DNA of 62,446 bases from Eubacteriales bacterium (GTDB lineage Bacteria > Bacillota > Clostridia > Oscillospirales > CAG-272), in assembly GCA_045595425.1 (NCBI GenBank), contig JAZOAL010000105.1, forward strand, positions 1 through 62,446. Direction: 5' to 3'. Positions 17,055-26,796 of the stretch are shown here, in pieces. Below the pieces are notes generated by a model, which saw nothing but the letters and a program-made list of their open reading frames with translations, did not search any database and was not told the origin of the DNA. Within the stretch, counting starts at the first letter, position 1. Every line of letters begins with the position of its first letter. Position numbers and translations under genes: made by a program.

Positions 17055-18425
17055 CTATTTCTTATTATGCGAATAGCGAGATATGGATAAAACTATTCCC
17101 ATCTCAGCCATCTGCACCACAAGCGAAGTGCCTCCAGAGCTGAAAAAGGGCAGAGATATTCCTGTATTCGGTATTGAATTTGTAACAACGGCAATGTTGA
17201 AGCCCACCTGAAGCGCCACCTTTACCATAAGACCCATGACGATCAGATAGGTGAATCTGTTTGGCGAATGTCTGGCTATGACAAAGCCTCGCCAGATAAG
17301 AAGGAAAAACAGCGCCATCACCGCCATTGCTCCGATGAAGCCAAGCTCTTCGCAAACTATAGTGAAAATAAAATCATTCTGCGGTTCGGCGACATAACCG
17401 AATTTTTGACGGCTGTTGCCAAGTCCAACGCCGAAAATACCGCCTGAGGCTATCGTATAAAGCCCCTGAATGGTCTGCCAGCCGCTTCCCGTTGGATCAG
17501 TCCAAGGATCAAGCCAAACCTCGATGCGGGTGCTGGAATAATCCGTGAAAACTATCATCGCACCAATGGCGACCACCGCTATGATCCCGATAGGAACTAT
17601 GTAACGCAATTTTGAACCGCCCAGCACCATAACAGAAAAACCTATACAGCAAAGTATAACAAGTCCGGAAAAGTGTTTTTCGGCAACAACAAGACCGCCT
17701 ATAAGCAATATAATAAGTCCCGGAAATATGAGTCCGTAAGGAACCGCCTTCTTCCAGCTTTTTGACTGTACTTCATCTCCGAATTTTGCCATGTACATGG
17801 CGATCATCATAACAAGGGCGGTTTTAGCAAGCTCAGAGGGCTGAAACGAGCCAAGCCCGGGAATCTCAAGCCAACGCTTTGCACCGCCGCGCTCCGTTCC
17901 GATAACTAGAACCAGCAAAAGCAGTATTATCGCCACGCCGAAGATGAAATATGTACCCACCCTGTAGTATTTCAGAGGTATAAGGGTGACCATCAAAATT
18001 GCTACCATGCCCACAAAAGTATAGAGAAGCTGCCGCCAGAGAAAATAATAGCTGTCGCCGTATTTCGTTGACGCATACGCATAGCTTGCGCTGAAGCTCA
18101 TAACCGCGCCGAACGCCAACAGCATAAGGAGGATAACGAGAAAGACCATGTCAACATTACCCGATTTATATGCTTCGGGGATCTTTAGAAATTTAAGCTT
18201 TCCTTCGTTTTTGCCCGCTGTGACGGCACCGTTTTTTCCCTGTTCTGCCGCTTCGGGCATAATTTGACCTTTTTCAGGTATCTTTTTTGCATCGGGGGAA
18301 ATACGCCTGCTGCTTTGAGCTCCTGTTTTCTTAGACGAATTTTCGGCATCGCGTTTTTCCGACTTGCCGACCTCTTTTTGAGAGACGGAACGCTTCACAA
18401 AAAAATCGTCATCATGCTGATTCAT
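17055..18425 (-). CDS. ftsW: SEDS-family peptidoglycan polymerase FtsW/SpoVE
   Basis: Ten-TM SEDS pattern (SEL.K, GGTS). About 90-aa charged N-terminal extension. Confidence 0.85.
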   Translation of the reverse strand: MNQHDDDFFVKRSVSQKEVGKSEKRDAENSSKKTGAQSSRRISPDAKKIPEKGQIMPEAAEQGKNGAVTAGKNEGKLKFLKIPEAYKSGNVDMVFLVILLMLLAFGAVMSFSASYAYASTKYGDSYYFLWRQLLYTFVGMVAILMVTLIPLKYYRVGTYFIFGVAIILLLLVLVIGTERGGAKRWLEIPGLGSFQPSELAKTALVMMIAMYMAKFGDEVQSKSWKKAVPYGLIFPGLIILLIGGLVVAEKHFSGLVILCCIGFSVMVLGGSKLRYIVPIGIIAVVAIGAMIVFTDYSSTRIEVWLDPWTDPTGSGWQTIQGLYTIASGGIFGVGLGNSRQKFGYVAEPQNDFIFTIVCEELGFIGAMAVMALFFLLIWRGFVIARHSPNRFTYLIVMGLMVKVALQVGFNIAVVTNSIPNTGISLPFFSSGGTSLVVQMAEMGIVLSISRYSHNKK

Positions 18426-18446
18426 TCCGTCACCTCCAAAATTTAT

Positions 18447-19460
18447 TTAGAATCTCACTCCAAACCATGCTATAACGCAAAAGACAATAGTCAAAAGTGA
18501 GAAGATACATACAATCTTAACCTCGCTCCAGCCGCATTTCTCAAAATGATGATGAACGGGTGCCATTTTGAAAAGACGCTTATGTGTCAGCTTAAAGAAA
18601 CCGACCTGAAGCATTACGGAAATCGTTTCAAGCACAAACATAAGCCCGAAAACAAGCACCAGAAGCGGATTGTTCATAACGAAAGCGGAACCCACTATCA
18701 TTCCTCCGAGGAAAAGCGAGCCGGTGTCGCCCATAAATACCCGCGCGGGATAGAAATTATATACAAGAAAACCGAGAGTCGCACCTATAAGGCAGGATGA
18801 AACAAATCCAAGGGAAAGGTTTTCCGCCATTACCGCCACCGCACAGAGGAAAACTCCGACAACAAGAGAAACAGAGCTCGCAAGTCCGTCTATACCGTCG
18901 GTGAGATTTACACTGTTAACGATTCCCGTTATCAGGATCAGCGCAAAAACATAATAAAGCACGCCCATGTCCCATTCCACACCAAGGTAAGGAATATAAA
19001 GAACCGTATCGATATGTCCGGTTTTGTGGAGCACTAAAATGTAAATTACCGCAGAGACAAGCTGAAGCAGAAACTTCTGATAGGCAAGAAGACCTTCGTT
19101 TTGCTTTTTCACAAGCTTAGTATAGTCATCAACAAAGCCGACCATGCCGTTTATCGTGGCAAGTCCCAGCGTGAGCGCGAGAGGGATGAGCTCCGAGGCC
19201 CTGCCGTTTATGCCAAAGTATATGAAAACACCGGTCATAACAAGGAGTATCGCAAGAATGAAGCATATGCCGCCCATCGTTGGAGTTCCCTCCTTCGACT
19301 TATGCCATCTTGGACCTATATCGAGTATCTTCTGACCAACCTTGTGGCTTTTCAGTATCGGTATCACCCTCCTTGAAACAAGCAAGGTTACAAGAAAGAC
19401 AAGCGCAGTTGGGATAAGGATATTTAGAATTGCTGTTTTCATAAGGAATGTACCTTTCAC
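18447..19460 (-). CDS. mraY: Phospho-N-acetylmuramoyl-pentapeptide transferase MraY
   Basis: K.GTPTMGG, NLTDG.DGL and MGDTGSL motifs. ATGA overlap with murF. Confidence 0.95.
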   Translation of the reverse strand: MKGTFLMKTAILNILIPTALVFLVTLLVSRRVIPILKSHKVGQKILDIGPRWHKSKEGTPTMGGICFILAILLVMTGVFIYFGINGRASELIPLALTLGLATINGMVGFVDDYTKLVKKQNEGLLAYQKFLLQLVSAVIYILVLHKTGHIDTVLYIPYLGVEWDMGVLYYVFALILITGIVNSVNLTDGIDGLASSVSLVVGVFLCAVAVMAENLSLGFVSSCLIGATLGFLVYNFYPARVFMGDTGSLFLGGMIVGSAFVMNNPLLVLVFGLMFVLETISVMLQVGFFKLTHKRLFKMAPVHHHFEKCGWSEVKIVCIFSLLTIVFCVIAWFGVRF

Positions 19461-20899
19461 TTTGGTAATTTGTCAATGTTTTCTTTTAGAAATCCGATCA
19501 CTCTTTCAGCCGCCATGGAACGGCTGGCTTTAACCAGAAGAATATCGCCGGGACGAAGAGCATGAAGCATCATTTCTCCTGTTATCTCAGGGCTTTCAGC
19601 CTTTAAATTAACATAAACATTTTCGGGATTCATTCCGTTTTCAATTGCCGAAAGAGCAATATTCTGTGCTCTCTCTCCATAGGTAAAGAGCAGTCCGCAG
19701 CCTTTCTTGGCAATATAAGCTCCCACATCCTTATGGAGCAGCGGTGAATTTTCCCCAAGCTCAAGCATGTCGCCAAGCAGAGCCACCGTCCTTGCACCGC
19801 CCTTCTGCTCCGAAAGCTCGGAGAGCACATCGATCGCAGAGCGCATCGACTCGGGACTTGCGTTATAGCAATCCTCGATAAGGGTTATTCCGCCAAGGTC
19901 GTAAATATTCTGACGCATGCCGACGCTTTTGTAACCGAGCAGTCCGCGCCGTATCTCCTCCGCATCCATTCCGCAGCTCTTGCCGACAGCAAAAGCGAAT
20001 AATGCCGCATAAACATTGTGCTGTCCCATTACAGGAAGCTCTATATTCGAATATATCCTGCCGCCGCACAGCAGATCGAAGGTTGTTCTTTTTATTCCCA
20101 TTCTTATGTTCAGAGCACGCATATCCGCATCGCGGTTTTCAATGCCCACATAGAAGACCTTATGCCCTGATTTATCTGCGGAAACGAGAAGCGGCTCATC
20201 GCCGTTAAGAATCAGTATTCCATTTTCATCAAGCCCTTCTGCGATCTCCATCTTTGCCAGACAGATATTTTCCCTTGATCCAAGCTGTTCCATATGGGAG
20301 GTTCCGATGGTAGTGATAACTGCAATATCGGGCCTTGCCGCATTTGTCATTGCCGATATCTCACCAAAGCCGCTCATTCCCATTTCAAAAACGGCTGCAC
20401 CGGTGTCTCCCGGCATTTCCATCACCGACAAAGGCATGCCGATAACGCTGTTGTGATTCCCCTCTGTTTTGTAAGTCTTATAGTGCTCACCAAGAACGGC
20501 GGCAATAAATTCCTTGGTTGTGGTTTTGCCAACGCTGCCTGTCACGCCCACAGTGACACAAGCAAAACGCTTTTTATATTCACTTGCGATCCTTCCGAGA
20601 GCCCTCACAGTGTCTTCAACAAGCACAATGGCATATTTATCAACACCCTCCATATTCGGCAGTCTCTCGGCAAGCGCAAAGCGGCAGCCGCGAAGAGCGG
20701 CAGAAGCAATATAGTCGTGACCGTCAACTCTCTCTCCTCTGATCGCGGCAAAAACGGTATCGTGATCAGCTTCCCTTGAATCTGTGCAGATACCGGCAGC
20801 AGAGGCATCGCCGCTCATTCCGAAAAGAACAAGCTTGCCTTTGCACATTTCACATATTTCATTTATCGTAAGTTTTCCTCTGGCAAATTCAGCCCTCAT
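19457..20899 (-). CDS. murF: UDP-MurNAc-tripeptide:D-Ala-D-Ala ligase MurF
   Basis: GVTGSVGKTTTKE P-loop and Mur ligase middle and C-terminal domains. Confidence 0.9.
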   Translation of the reverse strand: MRAEFARGKLTINEICEMCKGKLVLFGMSGDASAAGICTDSREADHDTVFAAIRGERVDGHDYIASAALRGCRFALAERLPNMEGVDKYAIVLVEDTVRALGRIASEYKKRFACVTVGVTGSVGKTTTKEFIAAVLGEHYKTYKTEGNHNSVIGMPLSVMEMPGDTGAAVFEMGMSGFGEISAMTNAARPDIAVITTIGTSHMEQLGSRENICLAKMEIAEGLDENGILILNGDEPLLVSADKSGHKVFYVGIENRDADMRALNIRMGIKRTTFDLLCGGRIYSNIELPVMGQHNVYAALFAFAVGKSCGMDAEEIRRGLLGYKSVGMRQNIYDLGGITLIEDCYNASPESMRSAIDVLSELSEQKGGARTVALLGDMLELGENSPLLHKDVGAYIAKKGCGLLFTYGERAQNIALSAIENGMNPENVYVNLKAESPEITGEMMLHALRPGDILLVKASRSMAAERVIGFLKENIDKLPK

Positions 20900-20922
20900 A
20901 TATCAAATTCCTTCCAAAAGCA

Positions 20923-22476
20923 TCAGCGGTAATAATAATATTTTCTCGCCGCTTCCTTTGCAATATTCTTTTCACTGAAAGGATGCTTACCGCTTCTGTC
21001 AATTTCATATTCTTCGTGTCCCTTGCCCGCAAGCAGGATGATATCTCCCGTGAGTGCATTCTTAATAACATAATCAATAGCTTCCGCGCGATCCTCTACT
21101 ATAACCGCGTGCGCGCGCGTAAAATCAAAACCGACCATGATGTCGGAAATTATGTCAGAGGGTGACTCGCTTCGGCTGTTATCGGAGGTAACGATCACAA
21201 AATCAGCCAGTGTAGAAGCGATCCTTCCCATTTCTGGGCGTTTAGTCTTATCACGATCGCCGCCGCACCCGAAAAGGAGAACTATTCTCTGTCCCTTCTT
21301 TCGAAAATCTCTCACGGTGAGCAAAAGATTTCGGAGAGCATCGGGAGTATGCGCATAATCTATAAAAACCGAAAAATCCGCACCTGCGCAAAGCTTTACG
21401 CGCTCAAAGCGACCGTCTATCCCGCCCATATGACGCAGTGCGTCCTGCACGGTTCGTGAATCAATGCCGATTTCAAGAGCGCATGCCGCCGCCTCAAGAG
21501 TATTTATAACCGTAAAACGTCCCGGTATAGGGCTTTTCACCTTAAAGACCGAGCAAACAGAGCTGAGAAGATATTCTATGCCGTCAGCACCGAGATGAGA
21601 TATGCTTGCCGCCAAATAATCGACTCGCTTTTCATCCTTGCAGGTGCACAGTCTTATATTTTTACACCCACCAAGCTCTGCGGCTTCGGCAATATCTGCG
21701 GCATAGGCGTCATCGCCGTTGATAACGGCGATATCCGTCATGGAAAAAAGCTTCCTTTTTGCCGCAAGATAATTTTCCATAGAGCCGTGAAAATCAAGAT
21801 GATCCGGGGTCAGATTTGTAAATACAGCCGCCGCAAAATGAAGCGGTGCAAGCTTATCAAGAGCCAACGCATGTGAGGTTGCTTCGAGAAAGACCGTTTC
21901 AACGCCGTCACGCGCCATAACCGAGAGGATTTTATATAGCTCTTTCGGATCGGGTGTTGTCATATTTGCATTTTCGTTATCTGAACGGATCGAAAGCTTT
22001 TCCTCACCGGAATAGCATACCACTGTTCCGATAAGACCTGTTTTCACCATGGACGCGCTGAAAATAGAACGGAGCATAAAGGTCACGCTGGTTTTTCCGT
22101 TCGTTCCCGTTACGGCAATGAGCTTCATGTCCTTTGCGGGACGACCATACCACGTATTCCATAAAAATGCCAATGCGCGCCTTGTATTTTTTGTTTCAAG
22201 GTGCAATGGAGCTCCTTCTTTTTCGAAGATCTCGGCTTCATATTCCGCTCCGCTCTCCGTGAGTATTGCCGCTGCACCTCTGTCTGCGGCATCCTTTATA
22301 TAACTGTGCCCGTCCGTCTTTGTCCCCTTGATGCAAACAAAAAGTGAGCCTTCCTTTGCATCGCGGGAATCCGAAGTAATATCGTTTACATCAAGAGAAT
22401 CTAAAGGTTTTTTCGAAGTTGACACAACATCGACAAATTCGATATCCGTATCTGCAATAAGTTCGATAATATTCAA
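20923..22476 (-). CDS. murE: UDP-MurNAc-L-Ala-D-Glu:diamino acid ligase MurE
   Basis: VTGTNGKTS P-loop. TSDNSRSE corresponds to the DNPR-type motif of meso-DAP-adding enzymes. Confidence 0.9.
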   Translation of the reverse strand: MNIIELIADTDIEFVDVVSTSKKPLDSLDVNDITSDSRDAKEGSLFVCIKGTKTDGHSYIKDAADRGAAAILTESGAEYEAEIFEKEGAPLHLETKNTRRALAFLWNTWYGRPAKDMKLIAVTGTNGKTSVTFMLRSIFSASMVKTGLIGTVVCYSGEEKLSIRSDNENANMTTPDPKELYKILSVMARDGVETVFLEATSHALALDKLAPLHFAAAVFTNLTPDHLDFHGSMENYLAAKRKLFSMTDIAVINGDDAYAADIAEAAELGGCKNIRLCTCKDEKRVDYLAASISHLGADGIEYLLSSVCSVFKVKSPIPGRFTVINTLEAAACALEIGIDSRTVQDALRHMGGIDGRFERVKLCAGADFSVFIDYAHTPDALRNLLLTVRDFRKKGQRIVLLFGCGGDRDKTKRPEMGRIASTLADFVIVTSDNSRSESPSDIISDIMVGFDFTRAHAVIVEDRAEAIDYVIKNALTGDIILLAGKGHEEYEIDRSGKHPFSEKNIAKEAARKYYYYR

Positions 22477-22616
22477 GCCTTTCGCGCCTCACTTTCGATG
22501 ATTTTCGAATTATCTCATCAACATCCATCTAATTTGAGGCGTTTTCATGCCATTCTTACGGACTTATTCGCCAAAATTATGCGAAATCTTCCGTGCTTAA
22601 TAAATTTACATTATTA

Positions 22617-24923
22617 TCAATCTGTACCGTCAAGATAACGGAACTCCACTGTAACAATAGTACCCTTCGGTACGATCTCGCCTGCCGCCGGAGATTGAGA
22701 TACAACCACTGCTCCGGCACCTGTCTCATAATTTGTGGTTCCTGTAATATTTATATTCAGCTTGCTGTTAACTATCATATGGTTAGCGATCGTTGCCGAT
22801 TGTCCCATAACATCGGGAACTGCCACATTGTCGCTTTCAGTAAGCTCTCCGGCATAAAGATATATTTTTCCGTCCTTGCGAACGCCGCTGCCGCCGGCAG
22901 GAGCCATTTTCACGATTTTTTCGCCCTCTCCGACAACCTCACAGTCAAGTCCGAGATATCCCATGCTGGCTTTAGCATCTTCAATGCTCCATCCAACATA
23001 GTTAGGCAAAGTTTTCGTCAGATTTTCAAGTTCTTTTTCGGTGTAAACAGCTTCAATACCGAGATAAGGAAGAATGGACTTCATAACATTCGCCACATAA
23101 GGAGCAGCAACGATACTTCCGTAAACAGATCCCTTATTCGGTTCATCTACCATTATAAGCACTGCCACCTGCGGATCATCTGCAGGCGCATATGCAACAC
23201 AGGAGCCGACTCTGAAGGGAGTACTTCCATCGGGAAGCTTTTTATCCTTTTTCTCGGTCGTACCTGTCTTTGCCGCGATCCTATAGCCAGCAACATATGC
23301 GTTTTTTGCACCGCCGTCACCCGAAACACCCTCTTCGAGTATCTGAGTTATAGTGTCGCAAACCTCTGTGCTGACAACCTGTCTTGTTGTTTTGCTCTCT
23401 TCATAGGAATAAACAACATTTCCGTCAGAATCCGACATTTCCTTTACAAGATGGGGGGTCACAAGATAACCGCCGTTTGCCACTGCGGCAATAGCGCGGA
23501 TCTGCTGAATGGGCGTAACGGTGAAGTTCTGTCCGAAAGCAGCCGTTGCAAGCTCAACCTGATTGAAATTCTCCATCTTATGGAATATCGAATTTCCTTC
23601 ACCGGGAAGATCGATACCCGTTTTTTCCATAAGCCCGAAGGCATTGAAATAATCATAGAATTTTGCCGAGCCCAAACGCAGTGCAATTGTCATAAGCACA
23701 GGATTGCATGACTGCTGAAGTGCTCTTGCAAAGGTCTGGGAGCCATGACCCGTGGTCTTATGGCAATGGATAGGCTTACTGTATCCGGGGACAAAATACG
23801 CTCCGGTACAAACAAAATTCTCTCCAACCTTCACAACCTTTTCTTCAAGACACATAGCGGTTGTTATAACCTTGAAGGTAGATCCGGGCATATAGGTACT
23901 GGTTATCGCCTTGTTTGACCATGAAAGCTGCTGCAGCTTCACCTTTTCGGCATTATACTCCTCACTGCCCTCGGTCAGATTCATTTCCCCAAGCTGCTCA
24001 AGAAAATATTCATCAAGAGTCCAGGGATCATTGCAGTTAAAATCGGGAATAGTTGACATCGCAAATATTCCGCCTGTTTTAACATCCATAACTATTCCGC
24101 AAACTCTCTCACTGGCACCGTTATCCGCAAGGGTAGCACGGAGCTGATTTTCAAGCTCATATTGAATGAACATGTCGAGCGTTGTGGTCATTTTATAGCC
24201 GTCCAGCGCTTCAACATAAGTTTCATATTCGGTAGGCATTTCATTGCCATAGGAGTCGCGGGCGGTTATGTATACGCCATTCGTTCCCGAAAGCTGATCT
24301 TCATAGTAATATTCAAGCCCGTAAAGTCCGTTGTTTTCAGAGCCGGTAAAGCCGAGAACGCTTGATGCAAGGCTGTCATAGCAATAATAACGCTTTGATG
24401 TTGCCTCGAGATGCACCTGACTGTACAGATCGTTTTCCGCTATGAATTTTCTGACAAGCTGTGCGGCATCGTTCTCAACATTCTTTGCTATAGTCTCATC
24501 AAGTCTCGAAACCCTTTCGGTCTTTTCCATTACCTTATCATAATCCACACCGAGAATCAGAGACAGATTTTCAGCTATCAAAGCATCAAGTCCGGGGCGA
24601 GGCTCTTTATCTTTAATATAGCTGCCGTCTTCATTCTTTTGCCCTTTTATTGCGCTCTGTATATCCTTTGGGGAGATAAAAACACGGTATACCGTGATAT
24701 CGGTCGCAAGCAAAACACCGTTTCTGTCATATATATCACCTCGGTCGGCAGGTATCACCGACTCGGTAGTCATCTGGGAAATGACTTCCTTTTGATATCG
24801 CTCATAATCCTGAGTCTGAAGAGCAAAAATTCTGAAAGCCAGGAAAATAAATGCCGCCGCAACAATTGCAAGTATCAGATAAGATCGTCTGTAGAGACTT
24901 GTGCTCACCGATTTTTGCCGCAT
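22617..24923 (-). CDS. Class B penicillin-binding protein (FtsI/SpoVD-like) with two C-terminal PASTA domains
   Basis: STFK, SCN and KTGT transpeptidase motifs. Two PASTA-like repeats at the C-terminus. ATG at 24923 with a GGGGGA RBS. Confidence 0.9.
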   Translation of the reverse strand: MRQKSVSTSLYRRSYLILAIVAAAFIFLAFRIFALQTQDYERYQKEVISQMTTESVIPADRGDIYDRNGVLLATDITVYRVFISPKDIQSAIKGQKNEDGSYIKDKEPRPGLDALIAENLSLILGVDYDKVMEKTERVSRLDETIAKNVENDAAQLVRKFIAENDLYSQVHLEATSKRYYCYDSLASSVLGFTGSENNGLYGLEYYYEDQLSGTNGVYITARDSYGNEMPTEYETYVEALDGYKMTTTLDMFIQYELENQLRATLADNGASERVCGIVMDVKTGGIFAMSTIPDFNCNDPWTLDEYFLEQLGEMNLTEGSEEYNAEKVKLQQLSWSNKAITSTYMPGSTFKVITTAMCLEEKVVKVGENFVCTGAYFVPGYSKPIHCHKTTGHGSQTFARALQQSCNPVLMTIALRLGSAKFYDYFNAFGLMEKTGIDLPGEGNSIFHKMENFNQVELATAAFGQNFTVTPIQQIRAIAAVANGGYLVTPHLVKEMSDSDGNVVYSYEESKTTRQVVSTEVCDTITQILEEGVSGDGGAKNAYVAGYRIAAKTGTTEKKDKKLPDGSTPFRVGSCVAYAPADDPQVAVLIMVDEPNKGSVYGSIVAAPYVANVMKSILPYLGIEAVYTEKELENLTKTLPNYVGWSIEDAKASMGYLGLDCEVVGEGEKIVKMAPAGGSGVRKDGKIYLYAGELTESDNVAVPDVMGQSATIANHMIVNSKLNINITGTTNYETGAGAVVVSQSPAAGEIVPKGTIVTVEFRYLDGTD

Positions 24924-24948
24924 CGAGTTTCCCCCTTTCAAAATTCTG

Positions 24949-25809
24949 TTATAATATATTATTATTCGCCGCAAGCTTATCCTTCATTACCGCAAAGCGG
25001 CATGCTCTTGCATAGGCCTCGGCGATATACTCCTCTGTTGTCATCCTCATATATTTATCATTGTCATGTCTCTTCGGCTTGCTTGATCTTTTAAGCTTAA
25101 AGGTCAGCGGCCCCCTATAATTATATTTAACCAGCCGCTCGGCTATTCCCTCAAAATCCACTATGCCGTCAAAGGGCAGCAGATGCAGATCATCCGCCCA
25201 TGTAATTTTACCGTAAAGATTGCTGATACCGAGATTATCGTTAAGATGGGTAGAAACAAGCCTGTCTCCGTAAAGCTCCATCATATCTCTGCCCTCGTTA
25301 TAGCAAAGCTCGTGTCCCGTATCAAAGCAGAATCCTACAGCCTTGCTGCTCTTAAATACCTCCATCAATGCCGCGAGATATTCCTCGCCCTCCGTATTTT
25401 CAAGAGCGATAATCACTCCAAGCTTTTCCGCCTCACATACAACACGGGAAAAGCTCTCAATACCTTCGGGTGTCGGCGAATGCTCATCAAAGCCTGTAAA
25501 GGCATGAACCACCATTATGCCAATGTCATTTTCCGAACAATCTCTCAAACAAGCTATTATCTCATCTGTTGCCTTTTGGGAGGCTTCCCCGTCCTTCCAA
25601 AGATCGGCGGCATGCTCGAACGGGGCATGGATCGACTGATAAAACATGCCGATCTCATCGGCATGTTTCTTTATATTTTTTATATCACAGCCTTGCGACC
25701 AGCCTGTGAAAAAGCCCTCAAAGCCTGCCGCTTTAAACATTTTTATCTGCTTTATTGTATCTGTTCCAAAAGAATTGTTCACACCGAGACAAAGGACCTG
25801 ATTACGCAT
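24949..25809 (-). CDS. Xylose-isomerase-like TIM-barrel protein (sugar phosphate isomerase/epimerase family)
   Basis: AP-endonuclease-2 / TIM-barrel pattern (HAP...; IALEN; DTGH; HLND). Inserted between ftsL and the PBP gene. Confidence 0.65.
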   Translation of the reverse strand: MRNQVLCLGVNNSFGTDTIKQIKMFKAAGFEGFFTGWSQGCDIKNIKKHADEIGMFYQSIHAPFEHAADLWKDGEASQKATDEIIACLRDCSENDIGIMVVHAFTGFDEHSPTPEGIESFSRVVCEAEKLGVIIALENTEGEEYLAALMEVFKSSKAVGFCFDTGHELCYNEGRDMMELYGDRLVSTHLNDNLGISNLYGKITWADDLHLLPFDGIVDFEGIAERLVKYNYRGPLTFKLKRSSKPKRHDNDKYMRMTTEEYIAEAYARACRFAVMKDKLAANNNIL

Positions 25810-25883
25810 TATAAACCTTTCTATATATCCTATTGCGCGCCCGCCCGAAATATGCAGGCGGACGCGTATTAAGCATCGCTATA

Positions 25884-26774
25884 TCAATTTTCCCCCCTGA
25901 TGGCACTGAGAAGAGTCGTAAGACCCACATTGGTATTCTCATCATCAAAGGTTTCTATCATATCCTCATCACTGATCTTTATGTACTGTCTTGTGACGAG
26001 ATCCTTCTTAACCATTCCGAGCTTATTCACTGCGATATCTTCTATCGTTCTGAGATCATTCTTCACCTCAAGTGCAATGAGGAGCTCATCCTCCTGCTTT
26101 GCAAGAGCAGATATTTCATTCTGCATATCAGCATATTTGTTTGAAGCATCGCTGAGCAGAACCGAGCTACCCACGATAAACATCAGAGACACCGCACATA
26201 TAACAACCGTAAGCAATGCTCCAACGGGAAGATGACTGAAGTTTCGCACCAGTGTTCCCGGATTGTTTTCCTTTTTGCTTGTATTGTTCTTAACAGCTCT
26301 GCGCACCGTGGTAGGATGCTTCGGTGCGTTTTCACGCCTTACAGGCACTTTTGCAGGAGATTTCTGCGCCTGAGTGCGACCGGAAACCGAAGTTGCTATG
26401 GCTGTATTCATCGACTGTTTGTAAGCAGAAGCAGTTTTAGGTCTCATTGCATTTGCGCTCTGCGAAGGGCGCGCTGACTGCTGTCTCTGCGCAGGACGGG
26501 AAGAGAGGTTCTGCGTTTGTGTACGATGGGCATTTACATTGATAGGCGCTCCTGCATATACAGAACGACTTCTGTAATTCTGCTCAAACTCACCGAGAGT
26601 CAGAGGAGCAGAGGTTGCACCTCTATAACCGTACATCCCCTCAAAGCCATAGCTATCGGCAGAGGTCTTAACCTGCAGCGCAAGTCCACGGCCCGCAAAT
26701 TTTCTATTCAAATACTGAAAAGCATTGTCCTGTGTATTAGTCTGATAACCGTTTTGCACGCCGCGGTGATACAT
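25884..26774 (-). CDS. ftsL: FtsL-like division protein with a ~170-aa low-complexity N-terminal extension
   Basis: Single TM followed by a coiled-coil and the RIE.IA...LGM-type C-terminus (RTIEDIAVNKLGMVK). Syntenic position after rsmH. GGAGGA RBS. Confidence 0.6.
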   Translation of the reverse strand: MYHRGVQNGYQTNTQDNAFQYLNRKFAGRGLALQVKTSADSYGFEGMYGYRGATSAPLTLGEFEQNYRSRSVYAGAPINVNAHRTQTQNLSSRPAQRQQSARPSQSANAMRPKTASAYKQSMNTAIATSVSGRTQAQKSPAKVPVRRENAPKHPTTVRRAVKNNTSKKENNPGTLVRNFSHLPVGALLTVVICAVSLMFIVGSSVLLSDASNKYADMQNEISALAKQEDELLIALEVKNDLRTIEDIAVNKLGMVKKDLVTRQYIKISDEDMIETFDDENTNVGLTTLLSAIRGEN

Positions 26775-26796
26775 GGCAGATCCTCCACTTGATTTT

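Noticed and set aside
22593-23711. Long antisense ORF (372 aa) opposite the PBP gene. Similar shadow ORFs occur at 10137-10760, 25183-25872, 37306-37953, 39148-40228, 47950-48576 and 53318-53953.
   Set aside because: Each lies fully inside a confidently identified gene on the other strand, lacks an RBS and has low-complexity or Cys/Arg/Ile-biased composition.
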